From positions 1-51,073 of the IMG/VR virus record IMGVR_UViG_3300046786_000189: a DNA stretch of 51,073 nt, one strand, 5' to 3'. Both the position numbers and the translations under genes were made by a program. The notes beneath the pieces were generated by a model. The model saw only the letters and a program-made list of their open reading frames with translations, ran no database searches and had not been told where the DNA came from. This DNA comes from a virus. Lineage: Duplodnaviria > Caudoviricetes. This document shows, in pieces, positions 26,439-38,800 of the stretch (positions within the stretch are counted from its first letter, which is position 1; every line of letters begins with the position of its first letter).

Positions 26439-29400
26439 ATGGCAATTAAAAAGTTTAATACTGTTGCAGGTCTATCAGTTGGAGAGAATGCTGATATTGA
26501 AGTTATTGACAACGTTGGTAACGTTGATGCAAATAATTTCACTGTATCCGGTACTGCTGACCTAGGACCAATTGGTTCTGTTATTATTACAGGTGGTTCA
26601 AGTGGTTCTTTATTAGCAACAGATGGTAGTGGTAATCTGTTTTGGACACCTCCTAACCCCACACAACCTGCAGGTATAAGCACATCCGTACAATATAACG
26701 ATGCCGGAGCATTAGCCGGAGATTCTACCTTTGTCTATTATAGCAATACTGGAACATTGTTCACTACTACTTTTTCAGGTAGTGGATCTGAACTTACTAA
26801 CTTACCAGCAGCAAATATTTCAGGGACAGTTGCAAGTGCAGTAAGTGCATTGGTAGCTGGAACTGTTACAGGAGCCGCCCAAGGGAATATTACTAGTCTA
26901 GGTACGTTAACTGGTTTAACTGTGTCTGGTACAGGCGATATTAACACGTTAACGTCAAATAATGCTACTATAACCGGTCCATTGAGTGTAACGGGTAATA
27001 CAGTTATAACTGGTAACTTAACTGTAACTGGATCAGCAGTTTATGCTAATGTAACAAGTTTAAACATCAAAGACCCGTTAATAATACAAGGTGGAAACCC
27101 TAATGGTGAACCTTTAACATCAAATGATGGATTTGATAGAGGCGCTATTCTTAACTATTATACAACACAACCAATGGCAGGATTCATTGGATATGATAAT
27201 AGTCAGGGTATTTTTGTAGTTGCAAATGAGATAACCTATTCTGATAACATTGTAAACATAAACACATATGGTGACTTCAAAGCTAGTAGTTTTATTGGAT
27301 CAGGTCAATATCTTACTGATTTAAATGGAGCTAACGTAACAGGAACTGTAGCTAATGCGACATATGCAGTTACTGCAGGAAGTGCCACAACTTCTGTAGA
27401 AACAGTTACAGTAACCGCATCAGCACAACCAAACATTACAAGTTTAGGTACATTAACTGGATTAAATGTAGATAGTGGTTTAGTAGGATTAACAACTACT
27501 ACTCCTATAGGATTTACACAGATTTGGAATCAAGGTGCAGAGAAGTTTACTCTTATAGAAGGTGATGTAACTGATACTGCTAGCGATTCAACATCATTGT
27601 TAATAGACATGAAAGTTGACGGAACTAGTAAGTTTTCTGTCACTAAAGCAGGTGTTGTAAATGCTACTGGATTAAACGCAGCCAACATTGTATCACCTGG
27701 ATCAGATACTCAAATACTATTCAATCATACTGGTTATGTTAACGCAGCATCAGGATTAACTTTTAATCATAATACCAATGTACTCACTGTAATTGGTAAC
27801 ATAGTTTCAACTAATGCAAGTTTAGGAAATTTAGTTGTAGCTAATTACTTTTCTGGTGATGGAAGATTACTAACAAATATAGATGGCTCCCAAGTTACAG
27901 GTACAGTAGCAAACGCAACCGATGCAGTTACAGCACAGACCGCAGGCACTATAACAACAGCAGCCCAACCAAATATCACATCACTAGGAACACTAACTGG
28001 ATTTACAAGTACAGGGGTAATTGACTTAACCAGTGCAAGTAATGTCAGTTTAGGTAATGTATCCGAAGTTCATATTTTAGGTGGTGTCAATGGATACGTT
28101 TTAAGTACTGACGGATTAGGTAATTTAAGCTGGGTAACTCAAACTGGTGGCGGTGGTGGTACACCAGGTGGTTCTGACACACAAATTCAATATAATGATG
28201 CAGGTAATTTTGGTGGCACACCTAATATTACATACACTGCTGCCGCAAATAGACTAAATGCTACAAACGTAGCAGTTACTACGAGTATAACACGAAATGG
28301 TAGAAATGTAACTACATTCACTACAGCAAATGCTACACCAAGTAGTCCACTAGCTGGCGATCAATGGTATGACTCTGACAATGATAGAGTATATCAATAC
28401 ATGTATGACGGAGTATCTTACTTCTGGGTAGATGTAAGCACAGGATATATTGATGCAAACGTTGCAGTAACTGCTGGAACATTGGTTATCCGTGATGGCA
28501 GTGGCAACATATATGGTAACGTAATTGTAGGTACTACAGGACAGTTTAATAATGTAACAGCTTCAGGAAATATTTCTGGATCATATATTCTTGGTAACGG
28601 TAGTCAGTTAACTGGATTACCAGCTGGTTACGCAAATACAGACGCAGCCGCATACTTAGCATCTGGTAATATTACAACTGATATTGTAACTACTGCTAAT
28701 GTAGCTGGTGGTAATATCACTACTACTGGAAGTGTAAGTGGCACAGGAACTAATGTTACATTAGTTGCTGGAAATTATTCGTCTGTTTTTGATAACACCG
28801 GTAACATAACACTTGCAAATGGTATAGTAACATTATCCAGATTACAAGCTACAGGAAATGTCACTGGTTCATATTTCATAGGTGATGGTAGTCAACTAAC
28901 TGGATTGCCAGCTGGCTATGCAAATACAGATGCAGCCGCATACTTAGCATCTGGTAATATTACAACTAACATCGTAACTACGGCTAACGTTTCTGGAGCA
29001 AACTTAAATGCAACTCAAAACGTAGTTGGTGGCAATGTAATTTCTACTAATAATATGAACGTTCAGGGCGGAACTATAACTGTCGGAACTGGAGTTTTAG
29101 TAGTTGATGCAGGTAGTGCAGGAATATTTAACGTGGGCGTATCAAATGTAACATTGGGTCAAGGATCTAACGTTACAATGGGATCTTTAGTTGGAAATGT
29201 AACTGCTAGAAATAATTTGGTTGTAGGTAACGTTTTATATGGTACAACCGCAAATATACCTACAATCACATCATCTAACCTTACTGTAGCTGATACGTTA
29301 ACAGCAGGGGCGGTTAGGTTAAATGATTTATATAGTAGCAGAGCGCCAGTTGCGGTAACTACAAACACCGTAATTGACAGCTTTGCGGTAAATAAATACA

Positions 29401-29645
29401 GGTCAGCTAAATACACTATACGTGTTGGAAGTGATGACGGGTATCAAGCTGTAGAAGTATTACTAGTACATAATAATGTGAATTCAATAGTCACAGTATA
29501 TGGTAGTATCTCTACTGCGATTGGTGGGTCTGATATTATTACATTGTCTACAAGTATTGCCGGAGGCACTACTGTACAGTTAATAGCATCAAGTGTTAGT
29601 GCAAATACAACAGTTAATTTATTAGGAACATATGTAGCAGATTAA
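26439..29645 (+). CDS. Virion fibre protein 3
   Basis: N-terminal FNTVAG, AQPNITSLGTL repeats, 'GDQWYD' module and shared C-terminal domain (YRSAKYTI..YQAVEVLLVH). Confidence 0.7.
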   Translation: MAIKKFNTVAGLSVGENADIEVIDNVGNVDANNFTVSGTADLGPIGSVIITGGSSGSLLATDGSGNLFWTPPNPTQPAGISTSVQYNDAGALAGDSTFVYYSNTGTLFTTTFSGSGSELTNLPAANISGTVASAVSALVAGTVTGAAQGNITSLGTLTGLTVSGTGDINTLTSNNATITGPLSVTGNTVITGNLTVTGSAVYANVTSLNIKDPLIIQGGNPNGEPLTSNDGFDRGAILNYYTTQPMAGFIGYDNSQGIFVVANEITYSDNIVNINTYGDFKASSFIGSGQYLTDLNGANVTGTVANATYAVTAGSATTSVETVTVTASAQPNITSLGTLTGLNVDSGLVGLTTTTPIGFTQIWNQGAEKFTLIEGDVTDTASDSTSLLIDMKVDGTSKFSVTKAGVVNATGLNAANIVSPGSDTQILFNHTGYVNAASGLTFNHNTNVLTVIGNIVSTNASLGNLVVANYFSGDGRLLTNIDGSQVTGTVANATDAVTAQTAGTITTAAQPNITSLGTLTGFTSTGVIDLTSASNVSLGNVSEVHILGGVNGYVLSTDGLGNLSWVTQTGGGGGTPGGSDTQIQYNDAGNFGGTPNITYTAAANRLNATNVAVTTSITRNGRNVTTFTTANATPSSPLAGDQWYDSDNDRVYQYMYDGVSYFWVDVSTGYIDANVAVTAGTLVIRDGSGNIYGNVIVGTTGQFNNVTASGNISGSYILGNGSQLTGLPAGYANTDAAAYLASGNITTDIVTTANVAGGNITTTGSVSGTGTNVTLVAGNYSSVFDNTGNITLANGIVTLSRLQATGNVTGSYFIGDGSQLTGLPAGYANTDAAAYLASGNITTNIVTTANVSGANLNATQNVVGGNVISTNNMNVQGGTITVGTGVLVVDAGSAGIFNVGVSNVTLGQGSNVTMGSLVGNVTARNNLVVGNVLYGTTANIPTITSSNLTVADTLTAGAVRLNDLYSSRAPVAVTTNTVIDSFAVNKYRSAKYTIRVGSDDGYQAVEVLLVHNNVNSIVTVYGSISTAIGGSDIITLSTSIAGGTTVQLIASSVSANTTVNLLGTYVAD
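28575..28990 (+). repeat. Internal direct repeat (~120 nt, 288-nt period) in fibre gene 3
   Basis: GSQLTGLPAGYANTDAAAYLASGNITT occurs twice; 36-nt exact match between 28644-28679 and 28932-28967. Confidence 0.85.
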
Positions 29646-29669
29646 TGCTAACAAAAAAGGAAAACGAAA

Positions 29670-32540
29670 ATGACAACAAAGAATTTTAATGTTAAAAACG
29701 GTTTGACTACGGGTGCTATCACACTTGATGGATTAACTGGTAATATTACTTCAACTAACGCTGATTTAGGTAATTTAGCGGTAGCTAATTATTTTAGAGG
29801 TGACGGTAGTTTACTATCTAACATTAATGCAGGTAATATTGGTACAGTATCTACTGCTAACTATGCTGCATATGCAGGTAACGTAATTACTGCGAATCAA
29901 CCCTTAATTACTAGTGTTGGTACACTAACTTCTTTAACTGTAGGTAATAACACATCAAACACTCAGTTTGGTAATGGTACTATCAATGCTACCGGAACTA
30001 TCACAGGTGGATTTATTGCAGGCGATGGTAGCCTATTAACAAATATTACTGGAGCTAATGTAACAGGAACAGTATCAAATGCGACTACTGCTGTCGTTGC
30101 TGGTACAGTAACAACTGCTGCTCAACCAAATATTACAAGTGTTGGTACGCTAACAAGTTTAACTGTTACAAATACAACTCAAACTGGTACTGCTAAAATA
30201 GACAATTTAACTTCAACACGTGTTCCATTTGCAAATGCAGGATCATACTTAGTTGATAGTTCAGATTTAACCTTTACTACTGGTACTGGAACTTTAACAG
30301 CCGCTAATTTACAAGTAAACACAAATGCAAGTGTTGGTACATTGAGTGCTACAAACGTAAGTAGTAATTTAGTTCCAACAGGTAACGGAACTGTATCACT
30401 AGGTAGCTCAACAAATCGTTGGAAAGACTTATATGTAAGTGGCTCATCAATCTATATTGGTGGAACAACTATTACAGATGCAGCCGGTGTATTAACTACT
30501 GCTGACGCAAACATTACAGGAACATTGACTGCATCATTGTTAACCGGTACACTAACAACGGCTGCACAACCAAACATCACATCAGTTGGTACATTATCTA
30601 GTTTAGCTGTTACTGCTAACGCAAACGTAGGTGGATTAAAAACTGACAACTTATATTATGCAAACGGCACACCATGGAGCTTCTCATCTCCCGGTGGTGC
30701 TACAAACGATATTCAGTACAAGGATGGTAGCAGTTTTGCAGGTTCTTCTAACTTTACGTTCGATCCAGCTGCAAACTTATTATATGTAAATGGTACAGCA
30801 AACGTTAATGTATTGAACGTACTAAACGGTCCATCACAGTTCAACGGTAACTTAAACATCAATGGTAACATTAACGCAACAGGTAACTTGAACTACGAAA
30901 ATGTAACAGATTTGGTTATTGGTGATCCATTAATTTATATTGGTGCAAATAACACTTCATCTGACTCAGTTGATTTAGGTTTCATTGTATCATTTAATAA
31001 CGGTACGTATCAACATGGTGGTTTTGTACGCGACCACACTGATGATACATGGAAATTATTTGCTAACGTTATCGCAGAACCAACTACAACAGTTGACTTT
31101 GCAAATGCAGTATTAGCACCAATTGATGTTGGTGCATTGAATGCCACATCAGTTACATCTGCAGGAACAATATCCGGTGGATTATTAACTGGTACATTAA
31201 CAACAGCGGCACAGCCCAATGTAACAAGCGTTGGTACATTGTCTGGATTGACAAGTACAGGAACAATAGACTTTGGTGGTGCAAGTAACGTAACATTGGG
31301 TAGCAATGCAATCGTTCATATTAGTGGTGGTAGCTCAGGATATCTATTGACTACTGATGGATCTGGTACATTGTCTTGGACAGCACCTGCAGGCGGCGGT
31401 GGTATCGCTGGATCTAATACTCAAGTTCAGTTCAACGATAATGGAAGCTTTGCTGCAAGCTCAGACTTTACATTTAACAAAGGTACTAACACATTAAGCG
31501 TTACAAACCTTTCTATTAATAATTCTGGTGCTATTTCTGGTGCAAACTCAGTAAGCGCAACATATTTTGTAGGTAATGGTGCATTGTTAACCAGCATTAC
31601 TGGTGCTAGTGTAACTGGTACAGTAGCTAATGCAACCTATGCAACAAGCGCAGGTTCAGCCGATACAGCAACTACTGCAACAAGCGCAACTACAGCAGGT
31701 ACAGTAACAACATCAGCACAACCTAACATTACAAGTGTTGGTACATTAACAAGTTTATCTAGCTCTGGTGACATTTCTGCTAGTAACTTCATTGGTAATG
31801 GTTATCAATTAACAGGAATTAATGGTGCGAATGTATTAGGTACTGTAGCAAATGCAACATATGCAACTAGTGCAGGCTCAGCTGGTACAGCAACAAGTGC
31901 AACCACAGCAGGCACCGTAACAACTGCGGCGCAGCCAAATATCACAAGTGTTGGCACATTAACTAGCTTAACAAGCTCTGGTAATATCAGTGCTAGTTAC
32001 TTTATTGGTAATGGTAGCACATTAGGAAGTATTACAGGTGCTAACGTTACTGGTACTGTTGCAAATGCAACATATGCACTTACTTCAGGAACAGCAGATT
32101 CTGCAACAACTGCAGGTACTGTAACAACTGCTGCTCAACCAAATATTACAAGTGTAGGTACACTAACAAGTGTGTCAAGTTCAGGAGACATTACAAGTTC
32201 TACATATGTAAAAGCAAAAGGATTTACAGATAATCGCACAGCTATTACTGTAACAACAGCTACCTTAATTGATGAGTTCCCTCCAGCAACATTCCGTGGT
32301 GCTAAGTATACTATCAAAGGTGGCTCAACAAATGGTTATCAAATCTCTGACGTATTGTTAGTACATAACGATACCGACGCATTTATCACGATTAACAACG
32401 TTTGCTCTAACCCAACCGCAGATATTTTTGATGTTACAGCTAACGTTAACGGTACTTCTGGTAACGTAACTGTATACGCAACAAGAGTTGCAGCAGTTAC
32501 AACGACCGTGAATTTATCTACAATATATGTAAAAGATTAA
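29670..32540 (+). CDS. Virion fibre protein 4
   Basis: N-terminal FNVKNG, about 7 AQPNITSVGTL repeats, 'GDPLIYIGANN' module and shared C-terminal domain (FRGAKYTI..YQISDVLLVH). Confidence 0.7.
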   Translation: MTTKNFNVKNGLTTGAITLDGLTGNITSTNADLGNLAVANYFRGDGSLLSNINAGNIGTVSTANYAAYAGNVITANQPLITSVGTLTSLTVGNNTSNTQFGNGTINATGTITGGFIAGDGSLLTNITGANVTGTVSNATTAVVAGTVTTAAQPNITSVGTLTSLTVTNTTQTGTAKIDNLTSTRVPFANAGSYLVDSSDLTFTTGTGTLTAANLQVNTNASVGTLSATNVSSNLVPTGNGTVSLGSSTNRWKDLYVSGSSIYIGGTTITDAAGVLTTADANITGTLTASLLTGTLTTAAQPNITSVGTLSSLAVTANANVGGLKTDNLYYANGTPWSFSSPGGATNDIQYKDGSSFAGSSNFTFDPAANLLYVNGTANVNVLNVLNGPSQFNGNLNINGNINATGNLNYENVTDLVIGDPLIYIGANNTSSDSVDLGFIVSFNNGTYQHGGFVRDHTDDTWKLFANVIAEPTTTVDFANAVLAPIDVGALNATSVTSAGTISGGLLTGTLTTAAQPNVTSVGTLSGLTSTGTIDFGGASNVTLGSNAIVHISGGSSGYLLTTDGSGTLSWTAPAGGGGIAGSNTQVQFNDNGSFAASSDFTFNKGTNTLSVTNLSINNSGAISGANSVSATYFVGNGALLTSITGASVTGTVANATYATSAGSADTATTATSATTAGTVTTSAQPNITSVGTLTSLSSSGDISASNFIGNGYQLTGINGANVLGTVANATYATSAGSAGTATSATTAGTVTTAAQPNITSVGTLTSLTSSGNISASYFIGNGSTLGSITGANVTGTVANATYALTSGTADSATTAGTVTTAAQPNITSVGTLTSVSSSGDITSSTYVKAKGFTDNRTAITVTTATLIDEFPPATFRGAKYTIKGGSTNGYQISDVLLVHNDTDAFITINNVCSNPTADIFDVTANVNGTSGNVTVYATRVAAVTTTVNLSTIYVKD

Positions 32541-32588
32541 ATAACTGGATAACTTACAATTTAGAACTATCATAGGGAATATGGAACT

Positions 32589-35468
32589 GTGACAACAAAA
32601 TACTTTAACGTTAAGAACGGCTTAACAACCGGCAATATTATACTAGACGCAGGGAATAGTAGTATTGTCGCATCTGTTGTCACAGCAAATAACTCTGTTA
32701 ACTTTGGATCTGCGAGTAATGTTGCATTAGGTAGTAATACCAATGTTCATATTACAGGTGGTAGTTCTGGTCAATATTTACAAACAGATGGTGCTGGTAA
32801 TCTTTCATGGGCAACCATATCATCAAGCACTCCTTCTAATATTACTAACGGTACTAGTAATGTAAATATTGCAACCTCTAATGGCAACGTTACTGTTAGT
32901 GTCAATGGTACTGCTAACGTTGTAACGATAACAGCTAATGGTATTGAGACAAGCAATGTTACTGCAAATAACTTTATTGCAGGCAGTGGATCCGGTGGAA
33001 ACTTAACTGGTGCTGACTATATATTTGCTAATTATTTTGTTGGTAATGGTAGTTTATTAACATCTATAACCGGTGCTAACGTAATAGGTACTATAGCAAA
33101 TGCGGCATACGCAATAACTGCAGGTACTGTAACAACCAATGCACAACCAAATATCACATCAGTTGGTACACTAACAAGCCTAACATCTTCGGGTAATATT
33201 TCTGCTAGTTATTTCATTGGTAATGGTAGTCAATTAACTTCTATCACTGGTGCTAACGTCACTGGGTATGTCCCACTATCAACAAGTGCAAACACTGCAA
33301 CAACTGCAGGCACTGTAACAACTGCGGCACAACCAAATATTACATCAGTAGGCACACTAACTGGATTAACTAGTACTGGCGTTATTAACTTCTTAGGTAC
33401 AAGCAATGTTAGCTTAGGCAGTAACGCAAACGTTAAGATTACCGGTGGTAGTTCTGGTCAATATTTACAAACAAATGGATCAGGTAATTTGTCATGGGCT
33501 ACTATAGCATCTGTCACCCCAAGTAATATTACAAATGGAACAAGTAATGTAAACATTAGTGCTTCTGGTGGCAATATCACAGCAAGTGTTGGTGGTACTG
33601 CTAATGTAGTCACTATAACAACCAGTGGGTTAGTATTGTCTGGTAACTTAACTGCTAGTGGATTGACGTTAGGTAGTGGTACTGGCGGCAACTTAACAGA
33701 TGTAAACTATGTAGTTGCAAATTATTTTAGTGGTAATGGTAGTTTATTGACCTCTATTACGGGTGCTAATGTCACTGGCTACGTTCCATTAGCAACTGCG
33801 GCAAATACTGCAACATCAGCAACAACTGCCGGCACAGTAACAACAGCAGCACAACCAAACATCACATCAGTCGGTACACTAACAAGCCTAACATCTTCAG
33901 GTAATATCTCTGCTAGTTATTTCATTGGTAATGGCTATTCACTAACTGCAATAAACGGTAGCAATGTATTAGGTGTAGTAACAAGTGCAACAACTGCAGG
34001 CACTATAACAACTGCGGCACAACCAAATATTACTAGTGTCGGTACACTAACTGGATTAACAGTCAATGGAGTTATAACTCAAACTGGTAATCTTAATATA
34101 ACCGGCAACATCAATGTAACTGGAAATCTAAATTACAGTAATGTATCTGATTTGGTAGTTGGTGATCCGTTAATTTATATTGGTGCAAATAATACTGGTA
34201 ACTTGTATGATTTAGGTATTGTCGCTAGCTACAACGATGGTGGATATCAACATACTGGATTAGCACGTGACCATACAGATGGCGTATGGAAGTTATTTGA
34301 TGATGTAGTTAATGAGCCTACAACTACTATAGATTTTGCTAATGGCACATATGCTGGTTTCAAATCGGGTGCAATCTTTTCAACTGGAAATGTAACTGCT
34401 AGTTATTTCATTGGTAACGGTAGTCAATTGACTGGTTTACCTGCAGGATACTCAAACACAGATGCAGCCGCGTATCTGTCATCTGGCTCACTATCATCTA
34501 ATATAATAACCACCGGTAACATATCCGGGGCATATTTTATTGGTTCAGGTAGCACGTTAGCAAATATTACAGGTAGTAATGTAACTGGCTATGTTCCTCT
34601 AGCTACAGCAGCCAACACAGCAACAAGTGCAACATCAGCAACTACTGCAATTACTGCTGAAACTGTAACAACTGCGGCACAACCAAATATTACTAGTGTC
34701 GGTACATTAACAAGTTTAACTAGTTCAGGTAACATTTCTGCTAGTTATTTCATTGGTAATGGTAGTACTTTAACGTTTATAACAGGTGCTAATGTCACTG
34801 GATATGTTCCATTAGCAACAAGCGCAAACACAGCTACATCAGCTACAACTGCAGGTACCGTAACAACTAATGCTCAACCAAACATTACAAGTACAGGCAC
34901 GTTAACTGGATTAACAAGCACTGGTGTAATAGATTTTAATGGCACAAGTAATGTAAGTTTAGGTAGTGTAAGTAATTTACATATCTCAGGTGGTACTAGT
35001 GGGTATGTATTGAGTACTAATGGTTCTGGTACACTAAGTTGGGTAGCACAAACAGGCGGCGGTGGCAGTGCGTCTACTATTACAGTAGACAACTTTACTG
35101 GAAACGGAGTTCAAACATCATTCTTGTTGAGTGTAACTCCCGATAATATAAACAACACCACTTTAAACTATAATGGAGCTGTACAACTACGTTCTGGCTA
35201 TACATTGAATGGAGCTAACGTTGTATTTACAACACCTCCGGCAGCAAACTCATCAATAGAAGTTACAACAATCTCTCCAGTATTATCAGGAGCGGCAGGT
35301 AGTAATAACTATATTCAATATAACAGTGGTGGCTCATTGGCAGCTAGCGCAGATTTAACATTCAATCCATCAACAAGTACATTGAATGCAACAAACATAA
35401 CGGCTAATGGTACTCCAGTAGCATCAACAGGAAAAGCTATTGCAATGGCAATAGTATTTGGATTCTAA
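32589..35468 (+). CDS. Virion fibre protein 5
   Basis: GTG start, N-terminal FNVKNG, about 6 AQPNITSVGTL repeats and a 'FTGNGVQTSF.L' domain; C-terminus GKAIAMAIVFGF. Confidence 0.7.
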   Translation: MTTKYFNVKNGLTTGNIILDAGNSSIVASVVTANNSVNFGSASNVALGSNTNVHITGGSSGQYLQTDGAGNLSWATISSSTPSNITNGTSNVNIATSNGNVTVSVNGTANVVTITANGIETSNVTANNFIAGSGSGGNLTGADYIFANYFVGNGSLLTSITGANVIGTIANAAYAITAGTVTTNAQPNITSVGTLTSLTSSGNISASYFIGNGSQLTSITGANVTGYVPLSTSANTATTAGTVTTAAQPNITSVGTLTGLTSTGVINFLGTSNVSLGSNANVKITGGSSGQYLQTNGSGNLSWATIASVTPSNITNGTSNVNISASGGNITASVGGTANVVTITTSGLVLSGNLTASGLTLGSGTGGNLTDVNYVVANYFSGNGSLLTSITGANVTGYVPLATAANTATSATTAGTVTTAAQPNITSVGTLTSLTSSGNISASYFIGNGYSLTAINGSNVLGVVTSATTAGTITTAAQPNITSVGTLTGLTVNGVITQTGNLNITGNINVTGNLNYSNVSDLVVGDPLIYIGANNTGNLYDLGIVASYNDGGYQHTGLARDHTDGVWKLFDDVVNEPTTTIDFANGTYAGFKSGAIFSTGNVTASYFIGNGSQLTGLPAGYSNTDAAAYLSSGSLSSNIITTGNISGAYFIGSGSTLANITGSNVTGYVPLATAANTATSATSATTAITAETVTTAAQPNITSVGTLTSLTSSGNISASYFIGNGSTLTFITGANVTGYVPLATSANTATSATTAGTVTTNAQPNITSTGTLTGLTSTGVIDFNGTSNVSLGSVSNLHISGGTSGYVLSTNGSGTLSWVAQTGGGGSASTITVDNFTGNGVQTSFLLSVTPDNINNTTLNYNGAVQLRSGYTLNGANVVFTTPPAANSSIEVTTISPVLSGAAGSNNYIQYNSGGSLAASADLTFNPSTSTLNATNITANGTPVASTGKAIAMAIVFGF

Positions 35469-35477
35469 GGAAGAAAT

Positions 35478-35837
35478 ATGTCTAATCCCAATATAGTAAA
35501 CGTAACAACAATTTACGGTAATACAGCAGTAGCAAACGTTACCACCACACCAACATCAATTATTACCAATTCAGCAGCAAGCGGTAAGGTTTATAAAGTC
35601 AACGGTCTTATAGTTACTAACATTGATGCAACTAACCCAGCTACAATAACAGTAGACCTATATCGTAGTAGTACAGCATACAAAATAACAAATGGAGTAA
35701 CTGTTACTGTTAACACAAGTTACACTCCTATTGATAAAACATTAAGTCTTTACTTATTAGAAGGAGACGAAATTCGTTTAACCGCAAACGTAAATAGCAG
35801 ATTACAAGCAACTGCAACTTGGGAGGAAATTAGCTAA
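35478..35837 (+). CDS. Small fibre-associated adaptor protein (putative)
   Basis: 119-aa beta-rich ORF with AAGGA SD and TAATG coupling to the LamG gene. Confidence 0.55.
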   Translation: MSNPNIVNVTTIYGNTAVANVTTTPTSIITNSAASGKVYKVNGLIVTNIDATNPATITVDLYRSSTAYKITNGVTVTVNTSYTPIDKTLSLYLLEGDEIRLTANVNSRLQATATWEEIS

Positions 35838-38800
35838 TGTTTAACAGCGGTATTCGTGGTAGAAGGGCAAAAGACGGTGAAGGTACTGTTGCAGCACAGG
35901 CACAATTCGTGCAAGCGGCAAGCCCTCAACCTTCTATTACTTCTTGGAGTATTTCAGGAAGTGACGATAACGCTTTAGATCCAGCTGGCGGACAAACCGT
36001 TATTGTTAACGGTACTGGTTTTGCCAGTGGAGCAAGTGTAACAGTTGGTGGCTCACAGATTGGGGCAGTAACAGTTGCTAGCTCAACACAAATAACATTT
36101 ACTAGTCCAGCAAATGCAGGTGGAAGTTATACATTAATCGTTTATAATAGTTCAGGCGGCGCAGCTATTTTAGTGCCAGGATTAATATATTCAGCAGTAC
36201 CAACATGGACTACTAATGCAGGAAGTATTGGAACTTTCTATGAAACTACAGCAATTAGTAGTAACGTAGTAGCTACTAGCGATTCAGCAATGACATATAG
36301 TTTAGCTAGCGGATCGTTACCTAGTGGCGCAACATTATATGCAAACGGTGTAATTACTGGTACAAGTCCTGTAGATAGTGGAAGCACGACATATACATTT
36401 AACATTACTGCAACTGACGCAGAATTCCAAGATGTTACTAGAACATTCACAATGACTATCAACACAGACGTTGTAACATGGTCTAGTCCTGCTAGTGGCG
36501 CGACATATAACTTAGTGGGTAATGTTGCAATGTCCAATGTATCATTGAGTGCAACATCTGCCGCTGGGTATGGAGTTACGTATTCAGCAAATACATTACC
36601 ATCTGGAGTTTCATTAAGTGGTAATGTGATTTATGGTACACCTAATGTGGCAGCAAGTACAACAACACTACTAACAGCTACTGCAAATACAACAAACCGC
36701 ACTAGTACGAACACTATTAATTGGGTAGTAACATTGGGAGATCAATACTGGAATTTGACTACACTAGCATTGAATTCATTGCCTGTTACAACACCGTTTC
36801 AAAGTGATGCTAGTTTGAATAACAATAATATAAGTGTAGTGGCAGATACCAGAGCCAGTAATCGTAACCCATACCAAACGGGATATTACAGTAACTACTT
36901 TGATGGCAGTGGTGATTATTTGTCATTACCATACACTACAAATTTTAATTGCCCTACCAGTTTCACCATTGAATTTTGGGCATATCCGGTATCGAAAATT
37001 ACAAACTACCCTACCGTTTTTAGCAACTACAGCACTTACGCTGCTAATGGACTGATAGGAATTTTCTGTGGTCACGACTCAAACTCTACCAAATGGTCAG
37101 TTGCTTTTAACGGCACCGATGGAGTGTTGATTAGTACATCAACAGTTGTTTATAACAGATGGGTACATATTGCGGTTGTTAGAAATGGTACCGCAATGAC
37201 CATGTATGTCAATGGAGTAGCTGAATCTACCTCTACACAATCGGCTACACTGGCTGGAACACAAAACAGCATGTGGATGGGGGTAGCTGGCGATAACCCA
37301 AGCATTACATACTATAACGGATATGTAAGTAATTTACGTTTTGTCAAAGACACAGCAGTATATACTTCAAACTTTACCCCAAGCACAACACCATTGGTTA
37401 ACGTTAGTGGCACAAGTTTGTTGACCTGTCAAAGCTATAGATTAATTGACGCTAGTCCTAATAATTCTACTATAACTAAAAACGGCGATACTACTGTTTT
37501 ACCATTCAATCCATTTGCCACAGTCAATGATTATGGCACCACATATTACAGTACATACTTTGATGGCACTGGTGATTATTTGACTGCAACAATTGCTGCA
37601 TTAGGATCAAGCGACTGGACGATTGAAGCGTGGGTTTACCCAACCAGATCAGCCACAGAAGAAATACCAATCGGGTGCGGCCCTAATGCATCAGGAAGCT
37701 GGGAATTATTTTTAAGCTACCCAAGTTATTCTTCAAAAGTCAGATTTAACATTTATGGTGACACAAATGTGTACGTATCAAGTACAAACTACAATGCGAA
37801 TGCCTGGAATCACATTGCTGTTGTAAGGAGTAGCGGCACTATAACAGTTTACTTAAATGGTGTTGGAGGTACTAGCACAGCAATTAATCCGTCATATAAC
37901 AACAGCACTGTTACTGGATTGGTAATTGGTAGAGGTTATACTGACAGCACATCTGGATCGTTTATTGGGTCTGTTTCTAATGCCCGCATCACTAAAGGTC
38001 AAGCCCTTTACACCTCAAACTTTACTCCTGCTACTTCACCACTTACAACAACCAGTCAAGGTGCTACTGCAAGCAACGTATCAATATTAACCTGTCAAAA
38101 TGCCACATTGATTGATAACAGTACCAATGCACTCGCTATTACCAGCAACGGTCAAGCACAACCTCAACCAACCAGTCCATTCACAACCACAAACTATACC
38201 ACAGCGTCCACAACCATACCCACCTTGGGTTCAGGATACTTTGATGGTACTGGTGACTATTTGAATGCTGGCAGTATTGTGCCAGCATTTGGAACTAGTG
38301 CATACACTGTTGAATTTTGGGTATATCCCTTGTCATTATCTAGCGTACATGTTTATATTAGAAACAGTTCAACAGGAGGCTGGCAGGTTTACTATGATAC
38401 AACATCTGGAGTAGGAATATCGTCAGTTGGAACAGGTGGGTTTTTGTTTGCTGGGCTAGGAGCCTTAGTAGTAAATCAATGGAACCATGTTGCAATATGT
38501 AGAGATTCTACCGCATCGAATGCCACCCGTAATTATGTTAATGGTATATTAAAAGCAACGGGAACCGATTCGACCAATTGGACGGTTAACAATCCCTTGG
38601 TAATTGGAGCCAACTCATCTGGTACAGAAGCATTCAATGGATACATGTCTAATGCACGTATCATAAAAGGTACAGCACTCTACACCGCCAATTTCTACCC
38701 TAGCCCAACACCGCTAACAGCAGTCACCAACACACAATTGTTGACCTGTCAGTACAACGGTGGAAGCAACGACAGTCAATTTGTTGACACTAGTAACCTG

